This document shows positions 52,142-64,000 of a DNA stretch of 64,000 bases, in pieces. Origin of the DNA: Vicugna vicugna (taxonomy: Eukaryota). Positions within the stretch are counted from its first letter, which is position 1. Every line of letters starts with the position of its first letter. The stretch is taken from NCBI GenBank assembly GCA_013265495.1, contig MU058584.1:3662508-3726507 (forward strand). Reading direction: 5' to 3'. The position numbers and the translations under genes were made by a program. Under the pieces are notes generated by a model. It was not told the DNA's origin. It worked only from the letters and a program-made list of their open reading frames with translations, and made no database searches.

Positions 52142-53184
52142 CTGGGGAAGAGCAAAAGGAACCCAACATTAAACTATATGGTGGTTAAAGACACCCACCC
52201 CAACACGACGGATAGTTCCCTGGGCAGAATCCACACCTGTTCAGAGCCTGGCACACCCTGCCTCTTAGGACAGTTCATTAGGTTTGTGACTACTGTCCCT
52301 AAGCCTCAATTGGTGCTGAAGCTAACATACATCTGATGGAGCTTGGTTCCATGGCCACAGAATCACTTCTCATCCCTTTAGAGACAACTACAATGTTTAC
52401 AGCGCCTTAACAGTTCGCCTGGATGGTGCACAGGAAACCTGACATCACCTAAAAGTGCCATCCCTACTCACAGTGCTTTTGGTCATCGCAGGTTTCTATT
52501 TAAAGAACAACAAAAGACATTTCATTGTTTTGGAGGGGTTAATAATCCTGCCAGAACCCTTTTCTGTTCATGTTCTGGCCCCCTACTACACATTAAAGAA
52601 AAATGTCCTGCTTGGAGTCATGAAAAACAAAACGGCAGGAGAGGCAGGGTAACTGAGGAGGGGGCAGAAGCACCCCGGCTTGGGAGAGGCCTCCGGAGCA
52701 CAGACACACTCTGGCAGCCCACAGTGGACACCTGTGATTGTTCCCCAATGTTTGAGGTCCAGAGCTCACATCTGGGGGCTGAGGCGTGGAATGGGCTGCT
52801 CTTGGCATTTAGGGAGAAAACAGTAAAGCCTAAATAAGGCCGCTTAAACAAGAGACAATTTGGGCAAGGACCAAAAGATTTCTTTCACATATACAGGGCG
52901 TGGCACACAGTTTACACTCAATAAAACGTCAAAGGGAAAAAGAGGTGAGCTGTGAAGAGGCGAGCTGTCCTTCATAAATACCAACGGCTACTAACCTCCT
53001 CTGGGATGTGGATTTTTTGGGGCATCTGATGCAAGTTACAAACCCTCATGCTAAAGGGGGTGGGGGATGGAGAGGAACACACACAGGAGCACGCGGAGAA
53101 CATAGCTTGTCTACACTCAGACCTCAGAAGCCCACCAAAAGGCCTGAGGTGGTAATGACCCCTACAATCCTTGATGCTAAATGC

Positions 53185-53430
53185 TTCTTTTTTTAAAAAA
53201 AAAAAATTTAAATATAAGTATTGTCAGTTTACAATGTTGTGTTAGTTTCTGGTGTACAGCACAGTGACTCAGATATAGATATATATATTCCTTTTCATAT
53301 TCTTTTTCATTATGGGTTATTACAAGGTACTGAATATAGTTCCCTGTGCTGTACAGTGGGACCTTGTTGTTTATCTGTTTCATATACAGTAGGTAGTATC
53401 TGCAAACCCCAAATTCCCAATTCACCCCTT
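53185..53430 (-). mobile_element. L1 3' end in the last ILDR2 intron
   Basis: tttacaatgttgtgttagtttctggtgtacagc...gaatatagttccctgtgctgtacagt...ccccaaattcccaattca. Confidence 0.85.
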
Positions 53431-53479
53431 AAAGCTGGTCATTAACGATCTCTAATACTCCTACAACACCCGCTACTTC

Positions 53480-54550
53480 GGCCGTTGCTTAACTCGCCAG
53501 GAACCCACGCTCGCTTACTTCACCTGGTCCTGGGTAGAGGCGGGGCGGGGGGGCAAGCCCGCGTTCCCCAAGCCGGACGACCCTGTCCCTCCACCGGGGC
53601 CCGCCCGGCCTGGGGCGGTGCCGTCCCGCTCCGCCCGCCCCCCTGCCCAGCCCCTCGGAGGACGCCCAGGCCTCACCGTCTTCTTGGCGGGCTCCTTCTT
53701 CCTCCTCTTCTCCGAGTTGCTGTGGTAGGGCAGGTCGCGGTCGCGGTCGCGGAAGGACGGGCCGCGGCTGAGCTCGAGCTCGCTGTAGGGCGGCAGCGCG
53801 TCGTCGGGCGCGTCCTCCTCGTCGCCCGGGGGCGCGGCCGCCTCGTAGGTGGCCGACGGCGACCAGGCGTAGTAGGAGGCGCTGCGCGGGCCGAGCTGCG
53901 CGCTCCGCTTGGACGGCGTCTCCAGGCTGCCGCCGCGGCTGGCGCCCTCGGGCCGCGCCTGCCGCTCCAGCCCGCCGCCGCGGAACGCGTGGTCGTACTT
54001 GGGCGCGGTGCCCGGCGTGCGGCTCACCAGGCGCGGCAGGAGCGCGTCGTCGGGCGGCCGCCGGCGCGGGGGGCTGTAGGACCAGCCGCGGTCGGCGTCG
54101 GGCAGGGGCTCCCGGCTGCGGCTGCGGCTGCGCTGCCCGTAGTACTCCTCCAGCGAGCCGTCCTGGTAGAAGCCGCCGTGCGCCCGCGCCTCCGAGCGCT
54201 CGAAGCGGCTCCCGCCCCGGGCCTCGCGGCTGTTGCCGTCCGTCCGGCGGGACCGCGGGCCGTAGGAGTCGGCGAAGGCCGCCAGCTCTTCCATGGAGAC
54301 GGCCGGCACGCCGGTGGCGAAGTTCTTCCGGGACAGCATCTCCGACTTGGAGCGCTGCTGGCTGCGGGCAGAGGAGGCGCTGGTCAGTCTGGGTGGGGCC
54401 AGGTACCGAACAGCTGCTGGGCGGGGCGCTTGCGGGGGGATCGCAGGGCCCCCACCGTGTCTCGGGCCTCGGTCAGGAGCCGCGGCCCCAGCCTCGGCTC
54501 CGCTCTCGGCTGGACGAAACATCTCGGGCACCTCTCACGCCTCAGAATCT
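53480..54550. promoter_or_regulatory. Intragenic CpG island over the ILDR2 penultimate exon
   Basis: Extremely high GC/CpG density extending into both flanking introns. Confidence 0.8.
53677..54361 (-). CDS. ILDR2: ILDR2 coding exon, probably exon 9, 685 nt, GC-rich cytoplasmic tail
   Basis: Encodes QQRSKSEMLSRKNFATGVPAVSMEELAAFADSY...LPPYSELEL...KRRKKEPAKKT; acceptor cccgcag, donor ACG|gtgag; phase 2-0. Confidence 0.96.
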
Positions 54551-55477
54551 CAAACAGCAAAGTCAAGGCGCCGTGCCTATCTCGTGAGTCTGTGCTAAGG
54601 ATCACAGTGGGGTTGTGTGGATAAAAATACTTCGTGATGTACGTGGTGCTGAAACACACGCGGCCCCTCTTCTGGTCATTATAATGGATGTGACCCCTGG
54701 TTGACAGCCTCGTATCTCACTCCTCACACCTTCACAGCCAGTGTGGGTGGTGTGGCCTGCAGTACACATGGCCGAGGCCCACGGAGCCCCTGTGACACAG
54801 AGAGGCCTCTCCCTCCTTCAGAGCCCAGGGCCAAGTTACCTCTCGGGGTGGCAGGCCAGAGGGACTCTGCCATGGGCGCCCTGAGAGACAGGCTATGCCT
54901 ACTGTCCTTCAGGATAAAGGACAGATGAGTGGTGAAGGTGTTATTCAGTGGGCACTGGTCACACAAAATTGGACACACATCTTGGCCCCCCACATTCATT
55001 GGCCCTGTGACTCTGGGTAAGTTCCTTAATCTGTAAGTTTCCGTTTCCCCAACTTAAAATGGGGACATTAATAGTACTTGCCTTTTAGAATTATGAGAAT
55101 CAAATGCAACAGTATAATGTGTTTGGCATTTTAGCCTTCACAAAACAAATGATGAAAAGTGATGGCGATGACGGATGGGGTTTTTTAGAGGTGACAGGAT
55201 AAAACATATGCGTAGGGCAGAGAAGTGTTAACAAGGTCCATGAAGGGCTCTAGAGGACCCTCTTCAGAGAGCCATGAAGGAGGCCTTCTGCACGTGGTGT
55301 CCCAGGTGTTCCCTTGCTTAGTGGGAAAGGGATGTTCACCAGCCCATAGAGAGATGTGGCAGGATAACCTGGAAAGGCAGAGATGCTATCCCATAATAAC
55401 AGCCTTAGTTTCACCCTGCCTTCAGGTCCTGCCTCCTCACGCCCAGCACCACAGCTGCCCACCACGGCCACCTTCAC

Positions 55478-55694
55478 CTGTGCCTGAAGCTCTCCCGATC
55501 CTCTTTGTTATACTCCATGGCTGAGGGCCCCCGGCTCGTCCCACTGCTGCCTCCTATGGCACCTGACCAGTAGTCGGCATTGCTCTCCAAGTCCCCAGAC
55601 ACAGGGAACGGCTTGCTTCGCATCTGATGGTAAGACTGGCGGAAACCACTGTCCTCTTCATGCAGAGAGCTGAGTTCTGAGATGGTGTTGTTAT
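55478..55694 (-). CDS. ILDR2: ILDR2 coding exon, probably exon 8, 217 nt
   Basis: Encodes (Y)NNTISELSSLHEEDSGFRQSYHQMRSKPFPVSGDLESNADYWSGAIGGSSGTSRGPSAMEYNKEDRESFRH(S); acceptor ccctgcag, donor AG|gtgaag. Confidence 0.95.
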
Positions 55695-57327
55695 CTGCAG
55701 GGACAGAAACAGATACCTGTTAGGCAGAACAGGATCTCTGTTAAGGGCTGAGACTAGTGGCTCTGGGAAACTCCCACTGGAGGGCCTCAGTCCTGGCCAG
55801 GCTGGGCTGTAGACCTGAGCTAGTGGCACTTGTGTTCTTGGCTCAGCAGGAACTGGCTCCAGCTAGAAGCCCACTCGCCTACAGAGAAGGATGCTTCCTA
55901 CATGCTCTGTTCTTAGAACAGGAGAACAATTGTTATTGTTCCACCTAAGGCAGGCTTCCCAGAACCTGGACTCTCTGCAGCTGGTCTCCTCCTAGTAACC
56001 ATCATCCTTGCTCAAATGTTTTTCTTCTTCTTTAATTCTATGATAAGCCATGAGGATCCCAAGCACATTGAGCTAAAAGGGGCAAAAAGAGAGAGAAGCC
56101 ATAGATCACAGTGCCTGCCCTATGTTGGCCAGGTCCTAGGGTGGGGCCTTCAGAGCCAGTACTGCCCCCAGCTTTAGAGGCCCCCAATTCCACCCTCCTG
56201 CAGCTGTGTCCCTCCCCATAGAGCAAGGAATCCACAGGACCAAAGGGATGTGCACACCTGGTGTCCATCCATCCCCTTTCTGGATCTCCATCCAGGAACC
56301 TGGAATATCTTCCCCTAAGGGTACCAAGTCCATTTCCAGGGCCTGAGTAGACCTCTTCTGCTCCCCAAAGAGTATTCCAGGTGTATGTGGCCATGGGTGG
56401 CCAGGACAGCTGTTTGGAGGTGTAAAGATGGCAATGGTCACAGCCATCTCATTTTCTAGGGTGACCTAAGTAGCTTTTTGCAAAAGCACTTCTGGATAAG
56501 GACCAGAATCACAATCTGGAAAGGGGGAAAAAAAAAAAGAAAAAACAACTCTCTATTTATAAAACTTTGAAATGGATTGAATTTCACATTACTTAAAAAA
56601 TAAATCTAGCAAATCTATTTGTGATGTAACTGAATCCATTTGTTTTCTAAAATCCTTTCAACTTCAAACTATTATTAAAATCAATATTTATAAGGGGTCA
56701 GGCCTGGCTGTTGAGTGAGAGGTGAACCAAGAGAAGATGTGGGCAGCGCAGATGTGTGCCCCAGGGCCCCCTCTCCCTCTTCTCTTCCCTGTGCCCAACA
56801 GTCCTTGGAGGAGCAGAGGATTTTTGCCGGTTCCCACCCAGGCAGAGGAGGAAGGGCCTCCTCCCACAGCAGAAACACAGCCTCCTTGTCCTGTTTCACC
56901 AGGACACAGAGCTGACCAGGAACACCATTCAGATTGGTCCTATGATCAGTTAGTTTTGAATTATAATCTAATTCTAAGCCTTTTCTTCCTCCTCAGGAGA
57001 ATGGACTAATTAGTGCCTATTTTAAAGGAAAATAACTCAGATACTATTGATTAATGAAATCTAGAACCTTCCTTTTCTTGTGATCCCAGTGAATCCCAAT
57101 CTCTTAGGAACCCGACAGAAGAGAACTTTAAAATGCACCAGGTGTGTTTATGGAAAAATTACATTTGGCTCAGAACCTTCCTTAAGCTTCAGGGAATAGT
57201 GGACACTTTTCATTTCTTTAGATAGCAGGGCCATCTCTGACCGTTTATATGATGGACTATCCAAGCTGTATGCAGCCCTAAAATTTCTGCCACAGTGGGA
57301 ACATGAACATGGATGTCCCCCCCTTCA

Positions 57328-57545
57328 CAGACACTGGGAAACCTTGTCTGTAAAGGGCCAGAAAGTCAGTATTGTAGGCTTTGCAAGGATGGCTGTCACA
57401 GCTATTCAGCTGTGCCATTGCAACATGAAAGGAGTCACAGATAATACAGAAGTGGTTTGGCATGGCTGTGTTCCAAGATAATTTACTTACGAAAACAGGA
57501 GGTGGAACATTTGTAACCTGGGAGGTGTAGTTTGCTGGTCCCTGC
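57328..57545. mobile_element. MER58-like hAT-Charlie element
   Basis: tctgtaaagggccaga...taggctttgca...catggctgtgttccaa...gtagtttgctggtccctg. Confidence 0.75.
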
Positions 57546-59383
57546 ACTGGGATTCCAGACCCAAACTTCCCAAGAGCAGCCCCCTACTTAGAAGGGACAG
57601 GCCAACGAGGATCACACTGGCCAGGAAATGCATGGGCCTGACCCTGAAACTCCCAGTTCTTGCAGAATCCGGTCCTCCCTTGCCACACCTGAAGCTCTGA
57701 GACTCACTTTCTGATGAGATCTTAAGACTGTCCCACGTCCATGGTCCACCCGAGGGTTTACTCTGTTCTTCAGGAACAGAACCTCTCCAAGAAAAGAGCA
57801 CTAGGTTCCTACTTCATCTCTATGCAGTCACTGTAGTGTCAGCCTGCGGGATCCAGGCGCTCTGGGTTCCAGTCCTGTCGCTGGCACTGGCTACTTTCCC
57901 CCTCTGCCTCCCTTCCCTCCTCCATAAAATGAGGGAGGTGGATTCAACAACCTGAGGGTCTTCCCGCTCCCACATCCTAAGGTCCTAGGAGCTGGAAGGC
58001 TGTGGTCTCAGAGCAAAACCACCACTGCAGCGGGGGTGCCATCCACAGTGGGCTCAAAAGTTGCTAGCTTAACAGAAGAGCATTGGACAGGCATCAGAGG
58101 AGCTGGGTTCTAGTCCTGATTTTTGCCACTTCAACCCTCTGGGCTCCTGTTTCCTCCTCTGTACACTGCAAAGGTCGACCCAGACCATCTCTAAGTTCCT
58201 TGGTCATTACCTTCTGACCAGCCAGCCCTTAGAGACCACAGCAGATGGGAGACATCATGTGAAGCGGGATCCACTCTTTAGTTTTATCCCCAGTTTTGAA
58301 CCTGTTCCCTGAGCTGTGAGATTCACAGGTTCCCTCCACAGGCTCTTTCTCCTTGATCCCTGACTGTCTCTGTCTCTGTCCCTTCCACGGATCCATGACA
58401 ACACTGTTACAACCAGCTTGTCAAGTGCAGTGACATCTGCATTCCTGACATTCCAATCTGGAGATGGTCTTTTTATAGGCAGGGTGGTGGGAGGAGGCAG
58501 CAAGGGATACAACTCAGACAGGATGAATTTAGAACTGCAAACTGGGAGGAAGATGTTGTCCTTAATCTGAACAAAGCTCCTCTAGTCTGGGACTGTTTCC
58601 CCAACAATGCCATCCAGTCTCCCATTGGTTCCAAGGCGAGGAGGGTTCAAAGAGAGAAACATAGTGACCTCACAATCATGCCTGCCAGCATCCTCAGATA
58701 ATTAGCCCATCCGTGTCAGACCTGCCCTGTGCTGCCTCTCACGACAGATGGTAATTTGGAAGCCACCCCAAAGAATCAGCTGTGTCAGCTGCAAAGTCTC
58801 CCAGGGCATGGGTGAGTTAAGGGTTGGGGCCCTGCCACCAACAGACTTAGTAATTAAAATGTTATTTTGACAAGAGGGACCGTCTCTCTGCTTGCCCCTC
58901 AGTCTTTGCTGCTGGGCATCTCAGAGGACGGCCGGCCGCCTTTTTACGAGATTCATCTGGCAGGCTTGCTCTTTCCCTTTCATTGATGCCGCCGGTCAGC
59001 GACTGGACTGTGGTTTGATGCTAGGGCCTTTGACATTGGGCTTCCGCATCTTAAGTCATTATTTTGAATATATTGTAAAGCAAGTAGTAGGGAAAGGCTG
59101 TTTGAATAAACTATTTCTGACCCCAGGATTGTACAACCCCAGCAATACTGACTGCCCCGTGGAGAGACACAACAGCGACCAAGATGGTACATGACTGCTC
59201 TGTTCTTCACACCTGAAGCCCTTTTTCCTCCCCTCTGTGTACGCGAAGCTACTTTATTTAGGGTGCTGTCTCCAGCCCCCCTGCTAGTTCTGACCCCGAA
59301 CGCTCAGGGCTGCCCACGTTTGGTCGACCCCCAGCCCCCCTTTATCATGATGCACAGATCACATAAAACTAACAGATGCTCAC

Positions 59384-59497
59384 ATCTGCCTCTCATCCTC
59401 CTGGCTGGATCAAACTGAGCCAGCTCCTTCTCGACATAGTACAGGACCTTCATGGAGTCTCTTTCTTTGTCAGCTTGGATCCGGTAACCTTTGCGGA
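59384..59497 (-). CDS. ILDR2: ILDR2 (angulin-3) coding exon, probably exon 7, 114 nt; upstream exons lie right of the window
   Basis: Encodes (V)RKGYRIQADKERDSMKVLYYVEKELAQFDPARRMRGR(Y), the conserved angulin cytoplasmic block; acceptor ctcaacag, donor T|gtgag. Confidence 0.95.
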
Positions 59498-61849
59498 CTG
59501 TTGAGAAAAGGACAGGAAGGTGAGCTGAAAAAAATCAGGAGGAGGCTTCCATTTATTTCACCAAGTAGAAAACATGAATGCCACTTATAACAACTCTTTT
59601 TGAAATCACCCAGAAATAGCCATCTCTATGTATATTATGTAGAGCCATACCCGAGAGCCCCTTTATCAGGTGGTTCCATTAGAATGGAGGATGACAAGTC
59701 AACAATAAAATTCTATTACAGAGTATTTTTAGTCATTTGTTCCCCCCTGCTTCCGATCTCCTGACCTCTTATAGCTCCACTTAAAGCTCATCTTCTCAAA
59801 GTTTGGGGGTGTATACTCACACTAAAAAAAAGGATGACTTTCTAGACTGAGGACACACATCATTTACTGCCTGAGGGTCACACCTGCACCTGGAGCACAT
59901 GTAACTTTAAAACAGGGACTTGACACAGGTGGCCTGAAAGCCTCTAGTCACCAGGGAGATGGTGCAAAAATTCCGTAACTAGGTGATCCATAAGCGCTAG
60001 TATTAGATTATAGGCTTTATACACATTAGTACAAAATACAATGCAAAATACATGGATTACTAAGTATGGTTTCATTTTTATTTCTTTAGCATCTTCCTTT
60101 CAGGAAAGGGAAGATCGTATTTTAGACATGATTAATGCAACCTGCTGCTACACAGTTACAGGCAGGTGTTATTTTCAGGGCTTAATAAAAAACAAAATGA
60201 AAGCATGAGAGAGAATATCATCACTCATTCTGTCAGCGACAAAGGCAGTTGAAGCCCCATCTCACTTAAGCTTAGTCTAGTTCAATACCAGCCCCAAGGG
60301 TGATCGGACGTGGGCAGGTCTAATCTTCACAGAGAAAGAGAAAACAAGAAAGGAAGGAATGGGATGGGGACAGAACAATGAGGGTAACAGACAATACTCC
60401 CTGGGCAGTGAAATGTGCTAGGCACCGTGCTGAATGCTTTACGTGGACACCGGTTCCTTACAACCATGTAAGGAAGTTACTGTTAGAAGCCACATTTCAT
60501 GGTTGAGGAAAGCTGGGTCTGGAGAGTTTTACAAATTGCTCAGGAATAAGTGGCAGCGCTGGGACTATGCAGCCTGACTGAAGCCGAGACGTACGGGCAT
60601 CTTGCCTTTCTGGAGTCGAGGAGCAGAGGCAGCACAGAAAGATAGCTGAGGAAGACAAGGAAGAGCCCAGAGTAGGAGATGCTCATAGGAGTGCCACAGG
60701 TGGTATCAACTGGGGCACCGTCCTTCCTTCCAGCCCATCAGGACTGTACAGTGAGATGGAAGCAACCTCCAACCTTCTCTGTTCCCAGAGTAGGGCAAAT
60801 ACCATAAAGAAACCGCACAGCATGTGCCTCTGGAGAAAATCCTGCTTTCTGCTCTCTGGTCATGTTAACCTGGCTGTGGACAGAGCCGCCCACACAAGCA
60901 TGTACATGGAAGATTAAAATAGCGTCTTCCAGACTCTAATCACAGCCCTGGCACTGAAGACTGCAAAGACGCCCACACACCCGTTTGCAGGTGAACTGAT
61001 TCTCCACATGAGAACAGGCTGGGCAGGCCACATTCATCTCCATTTGTGGAATTAGTTTAAAAAATTAATGAATCTCAGCACACACTCTTTAGTGATACCT
61101 TCTCCTGGAGGTTAGATCCATAATCCTTACGCAGAAGCAATTATTAGCAGAAATGATTTTATTTATCAAGCTACACACACTCCCATCTCTGCAGAGGCGT
61201 TTACATAGTACAGACAGTTCAATTAAAATGCAATTATCCCACGGAACTGCTATGTCTGTTCTGAGGCAGTTATGTCTGATGGATGACACCAGGGCTGGGC
61301 AGTGGGGAGCAGGGCATCTTGCAGGCATGCTGCTTCTCGTGGGGACTCATAAGCGGTGACCTATACAAGACTCAGGTTTCATGTCTCTAAAATGCAACTA
61401 GTACTTCTCACCTTTTAAATAAACTCATAAAGCCAAGAAGACAGTTAATAGGAATGAAAAAAAGAGAAGAAAACGAGGACTAAATCAGATGGTTATTGCC
61501 CATCTTTGTGACTATTAGGGGCAGTTCAAATATCATTTCATCCAAAGGCTTTCTTTTGCTCAAGCTAGGAAAGTTCTCTCTCTTCTCTATCTCACTCCTA
61601 ACTTACAAATCATTTACTTTAAACTTTCATCATGGCCCTTAATATTTTGCAGTTTGTTTCAAATTATTTGTATAAATGTCTAGACTTCCCAAAGATGCTT
61701 GAGGGAAAAGAATTCTTATCATTCTAGATCGGGGTCAGGCCCAGGACGGTGCTGCACACATAACAGGCACTGAAATGTTTGAGCTGAATGGGTTCGAGCC
61801 TGGGGATGGGGGTTGGGTTAATGCTTTCTTTAGAAAGAATATTTTCAGT

Positions 61850-62002
61850 AGAGTTTCTCTCTCTAAACTGTAAACTTTCTAAGGTCACGGACCAGCTCTT
61901 CTGTTCACTCTGCACCCTCAGCACCCAGCATAGAGCCTGGCACACTGTAAACACTCAAAACACACGTGTTTGTATGAATGAATGAATGAATGAATGAATG
62001 AA
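61850..62002. mobile_element. L2 3' end with (GAAT)n tail (other L2 pieces near 12.8, 13.5, 23.7, 30.0, 33.4, 36.6, 37.5, 40.0, 63.9 kb)
   Basis: agcacccagcatagagcctggcacac...tgaatgaatgaatgaatgaatgaa. Confidence 0.65.
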
Positions 62003-64000
62003 GATAAATCGGAAGTAGAAACGATATTACAAAGTAAGGCAGATGAGGCTATGTGGTGGGTTTGTTGCAGAATTTTGACCAGGAAGGGGAAGGCTAGAAT
62101 GATAGCTTGAAAGAGCAGTAAGTTTGGTTGCTTTGATTGGTGATGATTTTTTAGCAAAGCAAGCTAGCCTGTTTATAGGCACTAGGGAAGACGTCTGCTC
62201 TTCCTGTGGCTATGGGTTCCTCTAGGTGTTCTTACTGTGTGAAGCACTGTTGTGGCAAACAGGCAGTAATACTGAGATAAGGAGGCATGGGTATTGCTGT
62301 ATGAACAATGCACCAGCTGTCCCCTGGCGGGGAGAGGTGGCTGCCACTCTGAGCAACAGCTGGGAACCGCTCCCTTAACTGCACTTGGACTGGAGCTTAG
62401 ATTGCTTTCTGTGGCATTACAACAAATGGCACTCCTCATTATGAGACAGATTTGATCATGTATGCATGGGTTCTCATGCCCCTGAAGTTACAGTATTTAT
62501 TTGCAGCCTCCAATGAAGATGGCAGCTTCCCCTCTCAGTACTGGCATTATAAAGAGCCTCCACCGGACTAGACACCTGCAGTTTTGATTTCTCAGTCACA
62601 CCAGCTCATGATTTCAGAAATCTGAATCCTTGTAATTTGTCAAAAAGCACAGAAGCTGAGTATTGATATTTAGACTCTAGAGGCTTCATTCATTTGATTT
62701 CCATAGAGAAAAATCTAGGCACTTCTCCCTTTAAAAGGTTTTTTTTTTGTTGGTTTTTTTTAAAATCAAAGCTGTAGGTTCGATTGAGACTAACTGTCTC
62801 ATTGTGGCAGAACCTGGCTCGGTCATATACATGCTCAGGAGCAGAGAAAACACCAGAAAACCTTTCTTGACCTTGATCCCTCCAGGCGGATGAGACTGTT
62901 CCTTCTCTGAGCTGGCGTCAGAAAACAGGCTTACCATACACTCCTCTCTGGTTTTCACTCATTTTATTTCCATTCACAAGCTCCCAGAAACCACTCTGCT
63001 GGACCGTCAACTCCTTGAGAGAAAATCTGTAGGCATTCATTACATTTTTCTTGATTTGAAAACAAATAGAATGGTGTCAGGTTGATTTTTATCTGTAATT
63101 TGTCTGAAGATCAGAGAAGGCTCTGATGGGTGGTGATATTTTAATAAGAAATCTCCTCTACTACTGGCCCAAATCCAGCGTTTTTTTTGGAAAATGACTT
63201 TTTCCCTGATGATGTTTCAGCTTAGGGTTGATGGATGATTTATTTCTCCTTTCAAGTCTGGTCCAAGTCCTTTGGTTGGTGTGGCTCTTCCTACTTTGGC
63301 TCCTCTAATTTATTAGCCTTGCCAGCTTTGATTTTTTTACTGGACAGGGAATACTGGGATATTCATTTTGATGCCAAACTATAATTTCATAAATTCTTAT
63401 AGTTAAAAGATTTGAGCTGATATGTTTGACCCAATTAAGGCTTCAACTATTTTTCAGCTAATGTCCCTTTTACAGCCAAATCCAACTTGTAAAATTTGCA
63501 GAAGAAGTCTCTGAGGCAGATACCCATGGATATAGCCTTGTTCTTCCTGTCCTATCTTAAGTAAGGAAGGCTGTTTATGGAGAATGGAACAGCTGCCAGA
63601 TTCCACCCCCAGGGTGACAGCAGCTCAGTTGTGGGAGAAGTGATGCTTAAAATTTGCATATTCTCTGTATACATACAGTAGGCATATATATAGACACACA
63701 TATCCTTATTAGTTTGAAAAGTGACATTTCAAAACCCTACTTGCCTACTCAATTCTTTGCCAAGAATGATGAGTGAAGTCCAGGTAGATGTGAAAATAAA
63801 ATAGATTCGAGCCAGGGAAGAATTGATATGGAAAGACCAGGTAAGATGTAATTTCACTAATCAAGTGAGAGGTGACGGCAGCAGTGACTAGGATTGTTGA
63901 GTAGAGATGGAGGACAGTAAGCCAATTCAAGGTTATTCTGAGGTCCAGTCTGAAGGACTTGCTGACCCATTGGATGAGAGAAGTGAAGGAGAGAAAGAGC

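Noticed and set aside
53485..54624. 379-aa plus-strand ORF
   Set aside because: Antisense shadow of the GC-rich ILDR2 exon; low-complexity A/G/R/V/P composition, non-ATG start, no recognisable domain
59498..64000. Search for further ILDR2 exons (Cys-rich/TM or YEAGKAAK exon)
   Set aside because: No matching peptide found; this is intron and the upstream exons lie beyond the window

Overview
Mammalian genomic DNA, most likely camelid (camel/alpaca type), judged from two tRNA-derived SINEs and young L1 3' ends. It spans the TADA1-ILDR2 interval. Both genes are on the minus strand. TADA1 coding exons 1-6 lie at 12255 to 76, with a CpG-island promoter near 12.3-12.6 kb; its last exons fall left of the window. 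The last four ILDR2 (angulin-3) coding exons lie at 59497 to 52106, followed by a probable very long 3'UTR with candidate poly(A) signals near 46.4 kb and 40.8 kb. All splice sites are canonical GT-AG and the phases join in frame. The rest is intronic or intergenic DNA rich in ancient and recent transposable elements (L1, L2, MIR, MLT1, ERVL LTR, MER5/MER58, Tigger, SINEs), with one 546-N assembly gap. I found no well-supported new biological system. The best leads are a repeat-poor 16.6-19.0 kb block with an orphan CpG island, a CTCF motif and weakly protein-like decayed frames; a near-perfect 203-bp tandem duplication; three atypical L1 insertions (twin-primed, internally deleted in frame, and hallmark-less); and hexamer expansions in the ILDR2 cytoplasmic tail. 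Repeat subfamily names, exon numbers and comparisons with human proteins come from recall, not from searches.
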